The notes beneath the pieces are model-generated. The model was given only the letters and a program-made list of their open reading frames with translations. It had not been told where the DNA came from and did not search any database. A program made the position numbers and the translations under genes. A stretch of 64,000 bases of DNA from Lingula anatina (taxonomy: Eukaryota > Animalia > Brachiopoda): assembly GCA_051362555.1 (NCBI GenBank), contig CM120647.1:17150651-17214650 (forward strand), in the 5' to 3' direction. Positions 15,046-28,896 of the stretch are shown piece by piece (the first letter of the stretch is position 1; every line of letters starts with the position of its first letter).

Positions 15046-15199
15046 ATCCCCTACCAGGGCTGCAGTAATTATTGTGTGGACATTTCTGCTTAGACGACAG
15101 TACAGAGATTAACCATCTATGCCAAAAACATCTATTTAATCAGAGACATATATCTTAATGTCTAGTGAAAAATCAATCTGTGGCCCTGGTAGAGGGTAT
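15046..15199. mobile_element. Small inverted-repeat element; right-arm copies at about 12130-12182 and 14686-14715
   Basis: cccctaccagggctgcag / ctgtggccctggtagaggg inverted arms. Confidence 0.5.
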
Positions 15200-15223
15200 G
15201 GTTATTACAACAACATGATGACC

Positions 15224-15380
15224 CCAGTGTTGCAGCAAAGGAAGTCCACTAGGAACCGTAGTCCGCTTCCCATTACTTTGCACAGGTGACATTCGTCCTT
15301 TATGCTAACCCCAATACTCCAACTAACCCTAACATGTATCAATTACATGGGAGCCCGGACTTTCATTCCTGTCGCACCGG
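15224..15380. mobile_element. MITE family B, opposite orientation
   Basis: ctaggaaccgtag..cccattactttgcacaggtgacattcgtcc is the reverse complement of the core at 8780-8840. Confidence 0.7.
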
Positions 15381-16201
15381 CTTTAGAGAGCATGTAGAGG
15401 GCCTGTGTGACCGGAATGTCAGTCCTCTAGCTAGGAAACCTGCACAGGCAGCATACGATACACAGTTTATTATAATACAAACCATGTACCATATCTAAAA
15501 CAAAACCCTGGTGCTTTTTAAGTCGTTAAGTACATCATGCTCAATTAGAATACTGGTGCGTACATAACAACATGATTAATGGCTCGTTACATCTTACGTA
15601 TCGGGTCATTTGGCAATTTCCAGTCTCCAAAGATCAGTACCACTGAAGATGATCTTACAGTTCACTGAAAACAATGACTCCGTGAGTCACCGAGGAATTA
15701 TAACGTAACCAATTAGTGTCATGGTATTATACCTTACAATACACAAGGGGTTCATTCGTTTCTGAGTCATTTCTCATCCAAACAAAGTGTTGTCTAATAG
15801 ATATTGCATCACCGAGCATCAAATTTGATTACATTCATAAAGCACTGTCTAACTGCAGTATTGCTAATAAAAAGGCTCTAGCTTGAACAAGCTACAAAGA
15901 AAAGATTATTATTATTATTATTATTATTATCAAAAATGAACATCCAGATCGTTTTAATTCCAGGTTTTTCCTCAAACTGACTTTGTGTTGATGCATGCAG
16001 TAGTTAACATGTAAATGTAAGCAATGCAGCCGTAATATGCATGCATAGTATAACATCTAATGTATTCTCCATGTAGTATCCGCACACATGTAGTACCCGC
16101 ACACATGTAGGGACCGCGCACATGTAGCGTCCGCGCCTCTGCAGTGTCTCCGCATCCCGTGTGTCCGTCGCACCCCTTCAGAGGCAAGTGCCTTTTTTTT
16201 T

Positions 16202-16239
<38 letters not shown>

Positions 16240-16657
16240 CGGAGGTTCTCTGAAAGTTTGAGGCATTACGATTACTAAATCACAGAGTGACAAGAGAATA
16301 AAGCAATAGATAGGTGACACATTCGGAAGTCAAATGTTTTCTTTTATATTTTCCCTTGATTATATATTAAAATCCACGTAAATTGTATTAACCAGTTTTT
16401 TCTGTAACAAATAAGTCGTTACACTGGTAATACTAAACCTCAGCTTATGTTTTTTTTTTTCGGCATACCAAGCCACCTTTATATTCATGTGACAACATGT
16501 ACTCTTCATCTAGTTATTTATGTAAATATGCTGTCTTTGTCCTTGATCATTATTTTGTTTGTAATGGTGAATGTCAATAAAGCATTATGGTTCCGAATGG
16601 AATTTATTTCCTTGGCAGTTTCTTTCGTCGTTCTTTCGGTGACTAAATGGATTTTAA

Positions 16658-17768
16658 CCCCATAGAGCCCGTCACCGCATATGTGCGGTTCAATTATCGC
16701 TTACCCCAAACGCCCAGAACCGCATATGTGCGTATCTTGGAAAGATCGTCTTCTGTACTCTTTTGTATCGTGAGTCATGAAATGATATATAGTTTAACAT
16801 CCGGGTATGTTTCTTGTCTCTCATTGCCACCATTTTTAAAGGCGATAGAAATACATATGAGCGAGAAAACGGCGATTTTCAAGACTTAGTTGGAGAAAGT
16901 AAAATCTAGATGGCGGCTCCTCGCTACGGTAGGGACCTGCGAAGGGATACTGTTATTGAAATGATTGAAAATCCGGACTTTGAAGAGAAGTTTTCGTGTG
17001 ACAGTAACATAGACAGTGGCGTTGATGTTCATTTATTTATGATATAAAGGACGATAGAAATATATATGAGCGAGAAATCGGCGATTTTCTAGACCTAGCT
17101 GGTGAAAGTAAAATCAAAATGGCGACTTCTCACTACGGAAGGGGCCTGCGAATGAATACTGTTATTGAAATGATTGAAAACTACGACAATGATAAGGTGT
17201 TTTCGAGTGACAGTGATATAGACAGTGGGGATGATATTCCTTTATTCATGATATACGTTTTAAAGATGTTTTTGTCATAGATGGTGTAAAAATTTGACTT
17301 CTATTCAGCTCTGGCCACTATGTTCAGGTGAGCTGAAAAGCTGGTATACCTGATAGCAAAACGATCATAACTTGAAAATTGATAGAGATAAATTGCTGAA
17401 ATTTCCTGGATTGAAAGTTACTATAATTGACATCATCCCTGTGAATTTTCAGGCAAATGTATGTAGAAATAAAAAATTGATGTGCATCAGATAAATCAAC
17501 TTTGTTTTATTTTACCCATTTCCAAATGAAAATGTAGTTTTTAACCGGCTATAACTTTTGATACTGCATGTTAAATTTAAATGTAATTCTATTTTCATTT
17601 AGCCTGAAATATTGGCTTTTTAAAAATGTATACTTTGTATGGGTAATAAAGGCAAACAAATAAATTATGACCAATTTACTGAGGTGACCCGGCTTTTCAA
17701 GGCTAGCTCACAGAATTAATTGGGCACAGCAGAGCTTTATGGGTCAGCATTAACTGGATCCTATGGGG
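16658..17768 (+). mobile_element. Non-autonomous piggyBac-like element
   Basis: TTAA|CCCCATAG..CTATGGGG|TTAA; internal 209-bp tandem duplication carrying short acidic ORF starts. Confidence 0.75.
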
Positions 17769-18665
17769 TTAACGTTATTTTCTGTATCATTTTATGTGGA
17801 AAGCATAACATGCTGTTAACGGTTAGAATGAACGCTATACACACCAACATGATAGTCGTACCCATGCCCATGAAATGCCTACCACACTTAAACATATATC
17901 AGATAATAAAAGAGTTAACAATATTTGGATGTAAATTACTGCTGATATAAAGCTAGAATTTGGTCATGAACAAAAACGGACTCGGGGAATCACAGGGACT
18001 ATTGAGGGTTTTAATGTCTTTAAGTATACAGACTCACTGTGACCAGGTTGTGTATAATTTCGTCCCCTAATAGACAGTGAATAGAAACCCCAAGGGAATT
18101 AAGGGCTTAGCTTTCAAGTGGGTCGTCTATATTTGATCCGCGGATCTGTTAGTCCGCGGATCATCTTTGGTTGCGAATACGGCCTGATTCAAGACGCACG
18201 TAATGATACAAACTTTATCTCTGCTGAAATCTCTTCCTGGCCTCGTCGAAATCTGCTTAATTCCAAACAATTCCGCGGATAATCAGAATTAAGCTACACT
18301 GTATGAACTCCGTGGAATTGTCACATACCAAGCACCATGAAGAGAATCGCAGAGGAGAGACTGCACGTCAACTAATCTCTAATTATCTTTTATCGGGATT
18401 TAGAAGGAGATTTGTATGGGAACTTGGATGAGATTGAGACAGTAATTGTTGTGTTTTCCCTGGGAAATAGTCCAACATGTGCTTCAATTACTCGAGGAAT
18501 AAATAGCCACAACAACCTCATTAAATAATTGGTATTCATTGTGTTATTATTGAAGATATGTTCATTATTTTCTTATTACGACTTCAGATTCACATAAACC
18601 ATGTTCCATGTTCTTACTCTAGAAGATAGGTTAATTATTTCAAATAGAAACTGGTGTATGAAAAG

Positions 18666-18712
<47 letters not shown>

Positions 18713-19019
18713 AAAGAAACAGCAGATACAAAGCTTCCAAAAACTGATCATGCCTATACATACACACTTGACATCTAATATGGGATATTTTTTCCTAATC
18801 ATATTTCTTCAATTTTTTGCAGACTGGTAAATGAAAATAAGGATTAAAATCGTGTTTGAATAGCTTTTGATAACTTTTTTGATGTCATTGTGATATCAGT
18901 TCGTTAATTGAATTCGCCAGTGAAGCAAACGAAAATACATTGCCTTTTCTATGTCATACGACAACCATTGAAAGCGATATTTTGGATCTCCATATTTTCC
19001 AAATTATCGTCTTTAAAAG

Positions 19020-19200
19020 AGTTACACGCCCCACAAAGGATCATCATGTCCGTGTCTAGTCACAGCAATGGTGACTGTTACGCAAGACCTCATCTTGCTG
19101 CTACCAGAGCTTTCAAGCGGCAGGGCATTCCTTAGGATATGTTTTTAAAGTTTAATCTGGAAAAAAATTCCAGGCAACGATCAAAACTTGTCCAATTCGG
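19020..19200 (+). mobile_element. Possible Penelope-like retroelement remnant
   Basis: Weak by-eye resemblance (..DCYAR.HL..TRAFKRQG..) to the region C-terminal to the Penelope RT. Confidence 0.25.
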
Positions 19201-21059
19201 TTTAGATTTGTTGTAGGACATGCAGGCCGTTGATTCGGCAAGTAATGACCTATTGTCTGTGTGGTTCAAATATGGCGGTTTTAATGACCAAGGCAGCCGC
19301 TCATTCCCTTGGTTCTGTAATTTTTCTGCTATTGAAATTGTTCTTTGTGAACCGGCAATCTCATCGTGTAACGTAAAATTGTTCCTAAGGTACCCCCTAT
19401 CAAATGACAGTCTAGTGGTCCCCAGATTATTCCTTTATTTTATCTGGTTAATGTTTTCATCGATGACTACCATTGGTGTTTTGGCACCAATGTGGTATTC
19501 ACTCAAAATACTGACGCTGTCAATGACTCTAGTCACTTCAGAAGTGGAACACGTCTTGTCGTAGGCCTTGTCAGGATGTCTATAAACTCTGTTTTGAGCA
19601 GTTAAGCGGTACAGGTGAAATCTGACCTCAATGAAGAAAGTAGCGCGGTTTCAGTGTTCTACCCAGAAACGGTCATGGTCCCCAATTCATAAGAGAAACA
19701 GACGACGCTGTTTTGCTGTTTACAGTGGCTTCCTCAGAGGTCGTCTGGTATCCTAACCTGCTGAAACCAGTTTAGTGTTCGCTAAGAGCCTTGAAAATGC
19801 GTTTTGGTAACAATTTGTCCCTCTTTTTGAACGGACTGGCTTGTTTTGGTTTATTTGCAGCAGCATATCCTGAAGGACAGTGAGTCCTGTTCCCTGGTGG
19901 TAAGGTGTCGATACATTGGGCGTGGTCTCTGTGTAGGAAAATCAGCCTGGGCATGACTATAAAACAGTGCAGACCATTCTGTTTGACACAATAATCTGTC
20001 TAGAAATGTTTGTTTTATCGCGCCATTCTAGCGCATATTAACACTTTTGTAAAACACTGCTTAACTTATTTTATGGACTGCAAAACCGACCATTTGCATG
20101 CAAAGTTTCAAATTCTTAGATGCAATAGTTGACGACACATGGGTACTTTTTTGACAGAACCATGCTTCGCGAAAGTCAAGCTTTGGTCAGCCCAAAGAAG
20201 CACTACCCAATTAAATCAATGCATATTAAACAATGCAGCAGTGCAACAGGCATGGTAGTCAGTTAATTGGTAGCGACACACCTGACTTCACACTTATCCA
20301 GTCAGATATCTTATATGAGAACCGAGTTTTTTGTAAAAAGAGCGCATTTTTACCTAGGCATACCTTTGAAACTAAAACATTCCATATTAAATGTCAAGTC
20401 TGTATATCTCCAAGTCATAAAAATGGCGCTTTAGAGAGAATTCTCTCAGCAGAAAATGCATATAAACCCTGGAACGTATTACAGTAAGGTTGTTTGGACC
20501 CTTAAATTATCTAAACTGTAAACCAAATACATTGTAGTCGACTTTGACCATACAAGCCAGTAGTAACTCAGATAAATGAAATGCTACGCCTGGTTTATAA
20601 CAAGAAATGGGCGGCAACTGTTTCAGACAGAAGTATTCTTTTAGTTCTGAGAGCTACAACATATTTATCCTGCATCGAAAAAGGCCACAATTTTGGGTTT
20701 CGACGTATATTAGAGGGAGGTTCGATCGAATTTTTTCCTTAAAACAGTCTATGATGTCCTAATCGTAAAATCATTAGGCCATTGTTCAATGCACAGAAAA
20801 TATCAGAGAGGATTCAAATTGGATTCCGAATAAATGGTGCGAATAAAAAGAAATTTCCACGAAATTCACTTGGAATGTCGCCAGGAGTACTGGTGAATAA
20901 GTTTTCATCCTTAAAAAATATCACTTAAAAAATCACTCATATTTCTAGCGAATTAATTACAGCACAATTTTTTTAAAGTTCTGCATGCCTTGTTTAAGGC
21001 TACCTCAGAGGCTTCTCAATGATAGATCGATCACTGATCTCTCCTCCTTTCAAACCCTA

Positions 21060-21404
21060 TCATCTCTGAATGATATTGTCATCTAATTGCCCATGGCATA
21101 AACCTTTCTTATTATCGTTAAGTCCAACTTCAATTACGTGGTGCCTTGGTTGATAGAATATTGTATGTGGTGATGTAACAAGGTTTGGCAACAGAAAAGA
21201 GAACAGTTTTAACCCATTTGTTGCCTGTGAGATTACATTTAGGATCACAGTTATATGAATATAATCGGAATACAGCATCAAAGAACTTAACGCTAATATA
21301 ATTTCCCTCACGTAATTTCCGTCGTGAATAGGCTTCAGTAATTGTTGAACAATCAGATCCAGTAGAGGGAAATTGTCAAAAATCAATCTTCGTATCAGGA
21401 ACAA
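21060..21404 (-). mobile_element. Possible Penelope-like retroelement remnant
   Basis: NFPLLD..G.YV.EII..YSD resembles NFPFL..YGVYISQLIR..YSDF. Confidence 0.3.
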
Positions 21405-21805
21405 GATGTTCGCAATGGCAACCGTTTACTGCAGTTAAGCAATGAACTACTCTGTCTTTGGCTAAAGGAGCTACACACACACACAAACACACACACATTT
21501 TTCTCCTTGTTCCCAAAGCAGCATCATGTCGGGATCACGATTTGCCCGTGTTTTCGATCGTGTTACAAAAGGCATTGCATAATATATCACATTGCTGATA
21601 GAAATTACACCCTTGGCCGCTTTGAACTTTTGACGAATAAAGAAAAAAGTAGTTCTGACTAGAATTCATGTATACATCATCAAAGCATTTTTATTCGGAA
21701 GCAAAGTCAAAGGACTTTCAAAGATATTCATTCCACTTCTTTTCCTCTTCATTTTTTTTCGGAACAAAAACGTTTCCCCAAAGTTAAATAAAACATAAAG
21801 TTCTA

Positions 21806-21975
21806 TCAGTGTGGCAGGAATGGTTGTCCTGGAAATGGAAGTCCGGGTCGGATATGATAATTACAGGTTGGGGCTAGTGGGAGTATTGGGGTTAGTATAT
21901 GGGACGAATGTCACCTGTACAAAGAAATGGGAACGGTATACGGTTCCTAGCGAACTTGCATTCCTGTCACACTGG
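21806..21975. mobile_element. MITE family B
   Basis: cagtgtggcaggaatg..cattcctgtcacactgg TIRs; shared core gggttagtatatgggacgaatg. Confidence 0.75.
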
Positions 21976-22004
21976 TTTCCTGTGCAGCCAAAAGCCGCAA
22001 AAAA

Positions 22005-22036
<32 letters not shown>

Positions 22037-22489
22037 AAAAACGCTTAATGTCCTAAACATTTTTGACAAATCACTTCTTAACAACGAGAATGGCGTTATT
22101 TTAAAGATTTTTCCAAGCAAACCACTGATCGCTTTCTCCTTGACATTTCTGGAATGAACATCGGCCCTGAAGCACGAATACACTGCTAATAAGATGTAAG
22201 TACCGCCAGTTTTTGGGAAATGCCCTTCCTGCTTTATGTGTTAAGTGTTAATTATTTTTTACATGTAATAATTACACTGCATTAACTTCAAAGACAACCT
22301 TTAAAGTTCACTTCTTCATTCATTTACCCAATGTGTACTAATTCTCCGTCGAATTATGCTAACGGTTTAAATTCAAGATTTAATTTCCCTTTCAGATTCA
22401 AATTATTCATCGTGTGCTTTTTGCTTATTGGGCCATGGTTCAAACGGACCATTCTATTGCTCCTCTTGGTGTAAATTGTTTATGCCAAT

Positions 22490-23636
22490 CAGAGGCGTAA
22501 CCAGACCTTTGAAAATTGTACGCACAGATTTTTAAAATACCTAGCATGTACAGCAAAATGTAGACTAACGCAACAGATGAAAGACAGCGTAATCACAGCA
22601 TATGTACCACACATGGTAGCTTAATTTTCATTAATAATAAAATAATCATTTAAGTCAAAAACATTCTCGCGATTTAATAACGTTTCAATATTTTCATTTA
22701 CCCAGAACGGTATATTCATTTAAAAGGAGGCTAACTTCGCATCAGCGGACCTCCCTCCCCTCTTCGAATAATCCTGGATCCTCCTCTGAGTTGAACTTAT
22801 ACGGTTTCATCCAGCTTTCATGCAGGTGCATGGCTCCCAAAACTAATCAATTATATTCAGGCCCGTAGCCAGCAATTTCAGAGGGGGGGGGGGGGGGGGG
22901 TTCGTTTTCTGAAAAAGTGGACCTTTTACCATAAAATCCTCAAGTACATAGGTCAAATTTTACCCAGAGTGGACCTTTTCCTAGCAAAAAGGGTGGTTCT
23001 TTCGAACCCCCCGAACCCCCCTGGCTACGGGTCTGATATTACACAATAGAGCTCTGATACATCTAAGTTTAATTATTTGTTTGTGAAAATTGCCCATGTC
23101 ACCCTGTTAGTTTGGAGGGCTAAGCTGGATCAAGTCCGTGTGAAATTATTTGAAGCTTCGCATGAAAAAAATCTTCCTTTGTTTCTCTAGCTCCTTATTA
23201 AACCTGGTGTCCAGATTTTATCTAGTGCCCCCAGGTCTACGGGAGCTGCTCTTTGAAAATAACGCACAGGTAGATTTTACCTGAGATAAATATTGCCAGC
23301 GAGAGAGCGTTCGTTACTCTTATGACTACAGGAGAGTTGAAGGCCACTTAACCCTCCAATTAAGAGGTAAAGGATGTTCCAGTTAGATGGACGATTAAGA
23401 TAGGACTTGTATAGGTAACAGGCATTGTTTACCTCAGTTGAATAAAAGTATGCAAGACGGGGGTCCAGAACAATTGTGCGTATAGAGGATTTGTACATAC
23501 AGGTGACTTTAATTCGCAGAGGACATTCGATATGTATTCCGTGAAAAAAACACTAAATTTATATAAAAGAATATCATGGTTGGCCAAAAAAATTGTACGC
23601 ACAGTGCATCCGTGCGTATGCCTAGTTACGCCCATG
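22490..23636. mobile_element. hAT-like non-autonomous element with 5-bp TSD (CCAAT), hosting a nested MITE
   Basis: TIR CAgaGGCGTAAC / CAtgGGCGTAAC; subterminal aaattgtacgcacag near both ends; ccaat on both sides. Confidence 0.6.
22858..23035. mobile_element. MITE family C (CAGGCCCGTAGCCAG TIR), 5-bp TSD ATATT
   Basis: 15-bp TIR; reverse-complement copy at 33241-33408. Confidence 0.8.
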
Positions 23637-24721
23637 CCAATTACCCGTAGTCATAACAAATGCTCGTTTTTTAGGTATACAGAGGCACCATTACCCTAGG
23701 TTCTCAGGGGTTAAACCAGATATATTTTCTGACAGTCTTCCAAGTTATCTTTGTTGATCCATCTTCCATTTTTGACCGTCTTCTGACAGAAAAAAAATAG
23801 ATACCCGTCAATGTAAACTTGAATATCTGACCGTCTTCGGGAAGACCCAAATGACAGCCTCAATCCGTCCCTGGTTCCAGATGTCGGTATTGCCAGTTCA
23901 ATCTTGATTTCATATATAACCCACATCAACACTGTAAAGCTAACACATGAAAAGGTATACTGTACTTAGCAAGCTAGCTTTAAATTGCCCTGACCTTCAG
24001 GGTAAGGTACCATATAGCTAACTATTCATTTGACATATGGTAAGATATGCGAAATAGTGGTGGTTGATTAGCAGAATGGTGAATATAACTTCGTTATGAG
24101 TTATACATACTTACAGATGTTATGAGTACCGTGGCGACACATGCGCTTTATTGGGTTTTAACGGTGAAATGCGAGTATTTGCTCTCGGTATGTATGTCAA
24201 ATAATACACTGACACCTCTCTCGCTGACTCTACAGCTGTTCCGGTATACATCGCGCTGGTAAGTGTTTTTTTTTTCCTCAAACAACATTGTTTCAATGAA
24301 TAAAATAGTCTGTTTTATTAATTCAAAAGCGGTACAGCCTGCAGTATTTTTAAACCAGACAATTACAATTATAACCGAATATCTTCTATTTTGTTTCGTC
24401 TGTCAATAATTAAGACGGGTATCAAACTTAATATTGAGAGAAGTAGAACAGAACCGACGAAACGCTAGTAGATTATTGAGAACTATTGAATTACGTTAAA
24501 CGTTACTGGGAAAATAACTTTGACGACACAAAACATTATAACTAGAACATGGAAATGCCTTAGTTGAGATAAAAAATGTTAATATCTCCTATAACAATGC
24601 ATAAACATTTATAGACACTGTTGGCAGAAATGGGTCGTACTTGATGCTAGCATTCAAATATAGATCTCTGAACCATACAGTTTCTTGGACAAGTTTGGCA
24701 TATGCAATGACAAACACATCG

Positions 24722-24761
<40 letters not shown>

Positions 24762-26218
24762 ATGATGTAGCTAATATATTTTTTTTATTTAACCTTTAAA
24801 AGATAAATGAAAAAAATGACTAAAATGGATAAGTTAAAATGAGATGGAATAAAATAAAATACATAGAAATTAGACAGCGCATATAAGAATATTTTAAAAG
24901 TAGTCCCACAAGCATGTATTTCTTAGATTGTCTGTCCGGATATCTAGGACTATTGACTAAAGAAGCTCAATGTGGTCGGATTATACTTTATATTGCAATA
25001 AAACTAATTGTGGCATATAGGACTGGGCAACGCTTTTTTAGGCGGGGATATATTTATTAGAGAACATAAAATACACAGTATAAAATCTTCCGTGGCTGCT
25101 TTTCCATCCCGGTATACTTTTTGTTTAATTAATATTTCTAAAAAAAAAGCTTTTAGTATGTGAATTGAAAATGCCTGGTTTTCAGTTGCTGTTTCTTTTC
25201 CTTTCTTTTTTCAACCTTTTGCCTCAAACATTACGGATTGCATAAAACATAGCATAAAAAACTGCACTCTTATTGATCTATCGGATAAAAAAAGTCACGG
25301 TATTACTTAACCTTTGACATTGTATTTTCAATCAATAATCGGACCAATTACATGTGTACAAATAGACATTTCAATTAACTTGCCTTATAATACATTATAT
25401 TCTAGCAACAAGCATCCTTTTACTACCGCATTGTTCTGTGGGTTTCTTTTCGTCCCTATACACGCATCCCTCGGAAAAACTGAGTTAACTTGGTCAAGCT
25501 TATGTAAAGACGACCAAGAGGTATAAGAGTGAGAGTCATACATTCAAGGACGTTGATAAAGTCCTGGTTCATACCGTACGGGCTAAACAGAACCTAGCCG
25601 CTAAAAACCGCTCACAGGTTAAAATGTGTGCACAGGTAAGCCCTTGCCTTTAGAAAAATCAGTTGATTCTTGAGAATGAATTATTATCTGCCTCTCAAGG
25701 TCACCCCGGCCACCCTCCCCCCCCCCCCCCCCCCATTAGGCCCTCCATGTTGATACAAGGGTTCGGTGATTAAACCGAATTTATAAATATTCCTGTTCGA
25801 TATATTGATATATTGTGACTGATTACAGGCACGAGGTCAGTGCATGGAGAAAGTGTCATTGACTTTAAGATAAATAGTGACGCAATGCACTTTATATTGA
25901 AGGTGGCAGACCGCGAGGAATCAATACTTGAACCGAGTCAATCAATGGGGTCATGACCGGACTTCCTTTATTACCGCGATGTCTTGAATAGGTGTTCTGT
26001 TTCGTAAATCTGGTTATATAACTAGCATTTGTGCATCAATTCTGCGTTATGGTAAAAAAAATCAATTTGGATTAAATCTGTCAAAATGAATTTCATCGGA
26101 AACCGATATTTGTCTCTAGTCAGACTGCAATTTCATTTGTGGCGAAACGGAAATGTAACGCGTAGAAGACATAAAGCTAGATGTGTGCATAAAACGAAAA
26201 CTCAGATGAAAAGAGTTA

Positions 26219-26440
26219 AGTCCCCTTTACACTGGACGGCGTCCTTTCTGCGTCCAGCAGTACGGCCCCATTTGAGAGTTAAAAAATTATAATACTTTAC
26301 GGCCGACAACTGGCAGATCATTGAGCATTCATTCTGATACAAAATCGATGCTTGTGCCTCCTTATTAAGACCACCGCTATGCCAAATTTCATGGTCGCAG
26401 AAAGGACGCAGAAAGGACGCCGTCCAGTGTAAAGGGGGTA
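26219..26440. mobile_element. PIF/Harbinger-like MITE (about 220 bp)
   Basis: About 35-bp near-perfect TIR cccctttacactggacggcgtcctttctgcgtcc; TTA/TAA-like flanks. Confidence 0.7.
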
Positions 26441-26500
26441 TAAGAAAGTTGATAAATAGACAAATTGTCAAGTGTATCCTGCCCATCGAAATGAAAGCTG

Positions 26501-26548
<48 letters not shown>

Positions 26549-28003
26549 AATCAATATTAAGTCAACGTCATGCAATTCAAAACTGCATTAAGTATAAATT
26601 AGAGTATTAATTAAGTATTCGATATCGTCACCATTGTGAAATGAACCGTTACTGCTGATATCAAGTATAGGAATCGATCTAGTTTTCTCATTAAGACCAC
26701 CGTATACGTGACAAATGTCTATAAACGCGAGAGTTTAATAAGAATAAATTTCAGTTTGTCAAGCATTTTAGCATTTTGAAAAATGTATTCAGGGTATATA
26801 TGTGACAGCGCCACGGAAAATCACAGCTTGTGGTATACTGAATTAACTTTTATTGACTTTCTGCTTGCAATTTCTGTGGTTAACACCGTGTCATGACTTA
26901 ATACAATTTTCCCCACTATAGCTCCTTGGGCTTGGAAAGATTCCACTGTCGTCTGCACGATTTCCCGATAATTCGACACTAGTCTTATCGACAGACGTCG
27001 CAATTCCTAAACTTTAGTGTGATATTAGGAGGCTAATGAACAGGAGGCAGTCCGATTATGAGATTTTTTTATTGTTAAAGGCTGCTGAAAACAAAATGAC
27101 TTAATGAGCTTGTATAATGGTATCCATGCATGGTAATACCATTTTATTTTAAAAGTGTGGTGAATTTCACGGAATACTGTACGGTACACTGGTAAAAATA
27201 TACACGTGTTCTCTCTCTCACACACACGCGCGCACGCGCATACACACGCACACACATACACACAGAAATAAAAAAAAATGAAAATCAAAAAAGCAACAAA
27301 ATATAAATTGTGTAAAACTACATAAAAAACATGTACATCAAACAGTGCGCTGACAAAAATAAAATAAAATAAAAGCTTTATAGAAATAATTGAAACGCCT
27401 AAAGTCCTCTTTTAATACAGACAACCCTCGACGTGATCTAATCTGTCATGTACATGTTGTAAGGGAAATAAAGAAATACTTTCTGGATTGATTTGTATCA
27501 AAAATAATTAAATATAGCTTTGACAACAAATATACGGATCTATACATTGAAGCAAATACTAGATTTGTCAGAATGTGTTTATTGATTTATTTACCTCACT
27601 TTTGTTGTGCGTTATAGCATTAGACAACAGTGGCATATCTCTATTAATCGAGATACAAGAAACTCCGGTTACACAATTCGATAAATATATAAATATTTAA
27701 TGTCTTGGTATTTTAGTCGTCTGGTGTGTCCACCAATAAACTAATAAATGGCGCTATCGATGACTGACATGTTGGCGCAGTGTCCCGTGACCACACTCGC
27801 GTCACAGGCTGCTGATGTATTGACACATGGAATACACGCCCCCCCCTTCCTCCACGTCTCTCCTGTGTCTGTGTTCACTGTAGACATAACTAAGACATAC
27901 CGAGTAAAATAGAGAAAAAATCACATGTACTGGAGGTTGGAGAACAAAACCTAGCCATTGCGCATACGCCGGGGACACCCCTTGTCATGCCATGTAGTCT
28001 TAC

Positions 28004-28265
28004 CAGTGGCGGATATAGAGGCGGGTCCGGGGGGGCTTGACTCCCCCCTTCGATTTCTGGTCCCCTCTTGAAATTAGATTTTTTTTACTAGCTGAATCAA
28101 AGTTCTAAATCGCACCAAATGGCACCGTTCGCCCTCTAAAATACCAAAAATTCTCGGGGCCCTTCAGCTCAGCGGGCCCTAAACTCCAAGCCAAGTGGGG
28201 GGGGGGGGGGGGGGGGGGGAGGGGGACCCCCGGACCCCCTTCAAATAATCCTGGATCCGCCCCTG
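28004..28265. mobile_element. GC-rich MITE (CAGTGGCGGAT..ATCCGCCCCTG), 5-bp TSD CTTAC
   Basis: TIR plus cttac on both sides; a related 3' fragment lies at about 22745-22790. Confidence 0.75.
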
Positions 28266-28562
28266 CTTACTGTGGAGTGCCGAAGATTTCAAACGGGTTT
28301 AATTTAGAAGCCGTATGAACAGTCCACAGTCAGTTGAATTTTCAGATGACAAGAGACATTTGAGTTCGTCATGAACAATACAAACCTAGCGTAGACGTAG
28401 AAAATATTCAGTGCAAGTGTAATACCTATGGCAAAGGGCTTGTGAAAATTTCAATCGCCTGTAATATACCATCACTGTTAGCACTGGGCACACTAATCAA
28501 TTTTGCAGTGAAATGCAACTATTTTGTATATATTATCTATATTCTTCTTGTATCTCCAACAG

Positions 28563-28896
28563 CTTCGAATGAAGAGATTATATCACTTCTGGGAGCTGCA
28601 CTTCAACACAAACGACCATCAATTTAATACAATATATGGTTTATAAATGATTTTTTTTCGTTTGCCCGTTCTTAATTAGTCTTCAGTTAACATCGATCCA
28701 CATTAAATATTTATGCTGATCACGGTTATACTGACCAATACAACAGGTATTGATTAGCTGACCGATACATGACCTAATGTCAAGTGACCACCAAGGGTAA
28801 CGGGAATACTAGTCGAGAGCGAGTCGAGAGCTACTCGGTGGCGACAGGAGCCAGTACTTCAACTACAGCCGGCAGCGCCGAAATCAAGCCCTGCGG
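28563..28896 (+). pseudogene. Possible degenerate discoidin-like exon pair upstream of the main gene
   Basis: Strong acceptor at 28562; 28781-28896 reads QVTTKGNGNTSRERVESYSVA (TQG..V.SY.V-like), but the preceding ID(L)ADRY needs a frameshift and contains a stop. Confidence 0.3.

Noticed and set aside
1230-27288. Numerous 60-120 aa ORFs in the first 27 kb
   Set aside because: No recognisable domains; many overlap microsatellites or MITEs and are consistent with chance.
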